DNA of 64,000 nucleotides from Octopus bimaculoides. Lineage: Eukaryota. A model generated the notes under the pieces. The model did not search any database. It was not told the origin of the DNA and saw nothing but the letters and a program-made list of their open reading frames with translations. The position numbers and the translations under genes were made by a program. Location of the stretch: positions 78,685,838 to 78,749,837 of the forward strand of contig NC_068990.1 of the NCBI RefSeq assembly GCF_001194135.2, written 5' to 3'. This document shows, piece by piece, positions 60,019-64,000 of the stretch; position 1 is the stretch's first letter; the number at the start of each line of letters is the position of its first letter.

Positions 60019-61869
60019 TGCTGGCTTTGCTGGGTGGAGGTGCTTATCTCCCCTTTGAAAACATAAGGACACAGAAAATGTGTCATGGGAAACTGGAAAC
60101 GGTGTTTTCTAGGGCTAAATAGCAGTAGCATTCTTCCCTTTCATAGGACTGCCACATTATATTAACATATATTGGTTTTATATTTTGGCACGAGGCCAGC
60201 AATTTCGTGGGGAGAGAGTAAGTCTATTACATCGCCCCTAGTGTTCAACTGGAACTTATTTTAATGACCCCGAAAGGATGAAAGCCAAAGGCGACCTCAG
60301 AGGAATTTGAACGCAGAATGTATAGGCGAACGAAATACCGCTAAGCATTTTGTCCGGCGTACTAAGGTGCTTGCCAGTTGACAGCCTTTATTTGAACATA
60401 TACTAACATGTATTTCGCATATATCAATATATAGTAACGTGTCATAACAACTTGAATATAGTAAATATACATAAGAGGATCTTTGGTGAGTAGATACACC
60501 AGATCGATTAGGTAAGCGGTATTTTATTGGTCGAATGACCAGGTTCATTTGAAGATCCATTATTCCAAATATGCCTTTTTGTAACAACATGCAGTGGGAT
60601 ATTGCTGTGAGTCTTGTGTGACAGAGCGATATATTGCAGCTGGCCTTCATAAAACCTGTATTTGTTAGGGTCAGGTACAATAGAAGTGGACATGGTGGGC
60701 TACATGGGAGAAACCAAGGCTGTGTGGTGAAGAAGTTTGTTACGCAATTAAATGTTTACGGTTTCAATCTCAATTCGTGGTTTCCTGAACAATTGTCTTC
60801 TCAGTTAAATTTGGTTTACAGGAACTGAGGGAAATTCTGTCGAAGGTCCGTTAATATTTTTGGATAGTAGACCTTATATCGGTTTAACCCCCACCCCAAC
60901 TGGTGTCTATGTACGTTTACTTGTGTCTGTTATAGTAACAATTGGTTCAGGCTTTTGAAGTGTAAATAATTTCCTCCATTCTTCTCACCAATGACGGTGG
61001 CTCTGAAAAGTATCATCCCTGTTACCCTTCGGCCTTCTCTCTTCACCCAAGATAAACAGACGACATTGTGGTCGTCTGCACGTAATGTTTTGTGCTGATG
61101 ACCAAACTTAATTTACTTTCTTTTATTTCTCTAATCGTTTAACTCATCAATTCATTTAGTTCTTAGTTTAATCATTCGTTATTTCTCTTATCTCCTCTTT
61201 TACACCCCGCTTCTGTTGTTTGTCTTCATATTTACTCACACACACACGCACATGCATTCATCTAGATATTGTATACATATACATACATGATACACACACA
61301 CACACACGCACACACACACGTACGTACCTACCTACCTACCTACTTACCTACCTACCTACCTACCTACCTACATAAACATACATACATGCGTGTGTATTGT
61401 ATTGCATTGCTACATATCCATTCAACGAGCAATGAATTATATGGAGAACTAAGACATGATAATTAATGGAAATCCCATTGAAAGGTAAAATAGCCGGAAG
61501 TAGAGTGAGGAGGAGGAGGAGGAAGTAAATGTTATAAGAATAATATTGATTTCCTTTGAATATTTTCCTGAAATCCGAACAAAAGGTTAAGTTTTGTCGA
61601 AATATTCATTAAGCCAGAACTTAATTATTGATAAGATTAAGTAATCCTGTGTTTCTGGTCATTATATCGAGGAAAAGTGACCAACAGGAAACGGTACTGG
61701 ACTACTTGCTCAAAAGTCGTGAGTTCAAACCGACAGCATGTAAAACGCAGGGCAAAATGCTTGGGAATAAAGAGCATTGCCTGGATGTTGTTTCAACACC
61801 AATTTCCTTTCATTTGTTTTAAGGAACGATACAATATTTACTATATTCAGTGACGATGCGCGGAAATGA

Positions 61870-62900
61870 TGACACAACCGACGTGCAGAGGTTTCGTGTG
61901 GTATTTTTGTTGGAGGTATGCATCATAGAAGATGGAAATGAAATCAATACAGTTGAACTATCAACAGGAGTATTTCCTACAGAAACTATTTGGTCAAAAA
62001 GTGGCGTTTAAGATTATATAGAGTTGATGAAAATTCTCAAAATTTCGGTTTGTAATTTGAGAAGAGGAGCTTGTAGGTCAAGCGGTGCAAACATCCTCAG
62101 CTTTGGTTGTCTTACAGGCATCGGGCTTTAATGGTTTTTAATAGCGATGGCGGCAGAATTTTTCCAGATGTAGGTCGATATTTTTATCAATTGTGCACTT
62201 GTGCGAAGGGATTTTGGGCTTAGTTTGTGTGAGGAGTATAGAGGAACACGTGGAAGATGTTTTCGTCACTTACTAGCTGTCTCAGATAAAAGATTAAGTC
62301 TATTCACTGCCAAGAACTGACGGAAGTCTTGAACTTTTGAAGAATTCAAATTCACAGGATTAGTTGTGTCTAGAGAAGATCCGAAGTCTGTTGCTTTGAT
62401 TACTATGCCGTTTATGGGTGCACGTTTAGCAATAGCTTAGTAAAGGATGGCTGAGGAGAAAGATTAAAAGTATTGGTGTGCTTAGCCAGGGATTGGTGAA
62501 GATAACAATTAGTGCAGTCATTTCAGAATAGCAAATATAGACGAGTTGTTACTGTGAGGTTAATCGAAATAAGCAGAGGAATTCCAGGCAATAAATTCAG
62601 CGAGGTTGATAACTGAGAGATGTTACTGTAAAGAGATGTTTTCAATGTAGGTTGAAAGACAGTGAAATAACTGTTGGTAGCTAGAGGTTTTTAGAGAGCC
62701 GCGGAGACTGAAGAGGAGTCGAGAAAAAGAAGGAAGCGTTTGATTCAGAGTTACTGGAAGTCTTAGCTGGTTATGTCCATGTGAGGCAGATAAATGATGG
62801 AATGGATTTTACGCAATCACAGACAATAGTTTTTAGAACCAAGTTGGAAAAGAGAGTGTAACATGAACAACAAAAATAGATTCTTTAACCAAATTTAGAG
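61870..62900 (-). mobile_element. Heavily decayed CR1-like LINE endonuclease/linker region
   Basis: Minus-strand remnants resembling NTLDLFLTSHP and LGSSDHNLISV; no open frame. A similar remnant lies at ~45700-46000. Confidence 0.45.
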
Positions 62901-64000
62901 ATTTATGTTTCAGAGACGAATATGTGTGTAGTTAGTAAGAGTAGGCATGTCGATTGCTTGGTATGGAGAGGAGTTTCTCCATTGCTTTAAGTTTCTCCAT
63001 TGCTTTAAAACACCAACAGGAAAAGTAAAGAAGGCGTTTCACTTTTAGCACTGGTTAGAGAGGGAGAGGTGTACCTTCTTGTATTACGTATTTGCAACTT
63101 GCTAGACCGGGCCTTTGAGAAATGACTGCCTTGGCCACACACACACATCGCAATGATAGGATTTGAAACCAGGGCTGAGACGACCACATGAAAACACATA
63201 TACCCACAGATTGAACAGATTATAGATTTTAACATAGGGGTTGGGTGGGATGGATAGCATCTTCAATCGTAGGAGGTGGTGAACGCGGCGTTGATCAAAA
63301 TAGATCAGTATATGTTGATACAATGCTTAAGCAGAAATGAGCTCAGTAAAGTTTTGCATTTGGTTTCGACAATTCCAAACGATGGTTTGCCCTTCGTTCA
63401 AGTAGAGTGTTATGATAAGAAATTAGTCATCCAGAAAAGTTCGAGTAGACGCCATTCTGCAGAAACTTCTCTAATTATACAATTCTTCATAATATTGCTA
63501 TCAGCAAAAACTCGTTTTAAGCTACAACTTGTTTTAAAGTTACAATAAAACAACGCAAAAATGTCACTTCAATATTTATCAACAATAATCAGCGGTGACT
63601 GAAGTGGTCCAACGTCTGACAGACACGATTTAGTTTAAGTTCACTAGATTCATGGCTCAAATATCACTGGCGATCAATAAAGTAAGAGCTAGACAGACAG
63701 ACAGACACACACACACTCACACACACAAAAATTGGGGCTGATTCAATCAGCTATATAACATTTATACACAATTTTCTAGAAGAATCGTGATTTTCAAACT
63801 AGTCTAAGCAATCAATGTTTATCATTAAAAAATATTTGTGTGTTTTTGCCAGCAGAGTAAACTGGAGCAATGTGAAATCAAGTGTTTTGCTCAAAAACCC
63901 AACGCATCGCCCAGTCCAGGAATAGAAATTGCAATCTTACGATCATCAGTGTAACACATACTAAGCCACACAGCTCCACGTTGATATATATATATATATA

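Overview
AT-rich, microsatellite-dense animal genomic DNA with eight N-gaps. The repeat families and microsatellite load suggest an octopus or related cephalopod (inference only). Two spliced protein-coding genes are largely invisible to the ORF track. (1) On +, a CoA-transferase family III gene orthologous to SUGCT (succinyl-CoA:glutarate CoA-transferase): 12 exons at 26603-48334 read in frame across GT-AG junctions, a probable mitochondrial-presequence first exon lies at 7641-7722, and the expected ~52-nt exon 2 was not found. (2) On -, tail-to-tail with SUGCT, the last three exons (56389-51955) of a prolyl-4-hydroxylase-like 2OG-Fe(II) dioxygenase with an intact HxD...H...K site and an unusual Cys/Trp/Tyr-rich C-terminal extension. 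The rest is intron or intergenic sequence with decayed CR1, RTE and R4-like LINEs, three mariner copies, several MITEs and tRNA-derived SINEs. The most interesting hidden signal is four unrelated short repeats that each carry a minimal type-I hammerhead-ribozyme fold of the Penelope-like-element kind (59976, 28229, 21251, 18510); one has a complete canonical core. No CRISPR array, rRNA or genuine tRNA gene was seen. All calls were made by eye with no database searches.
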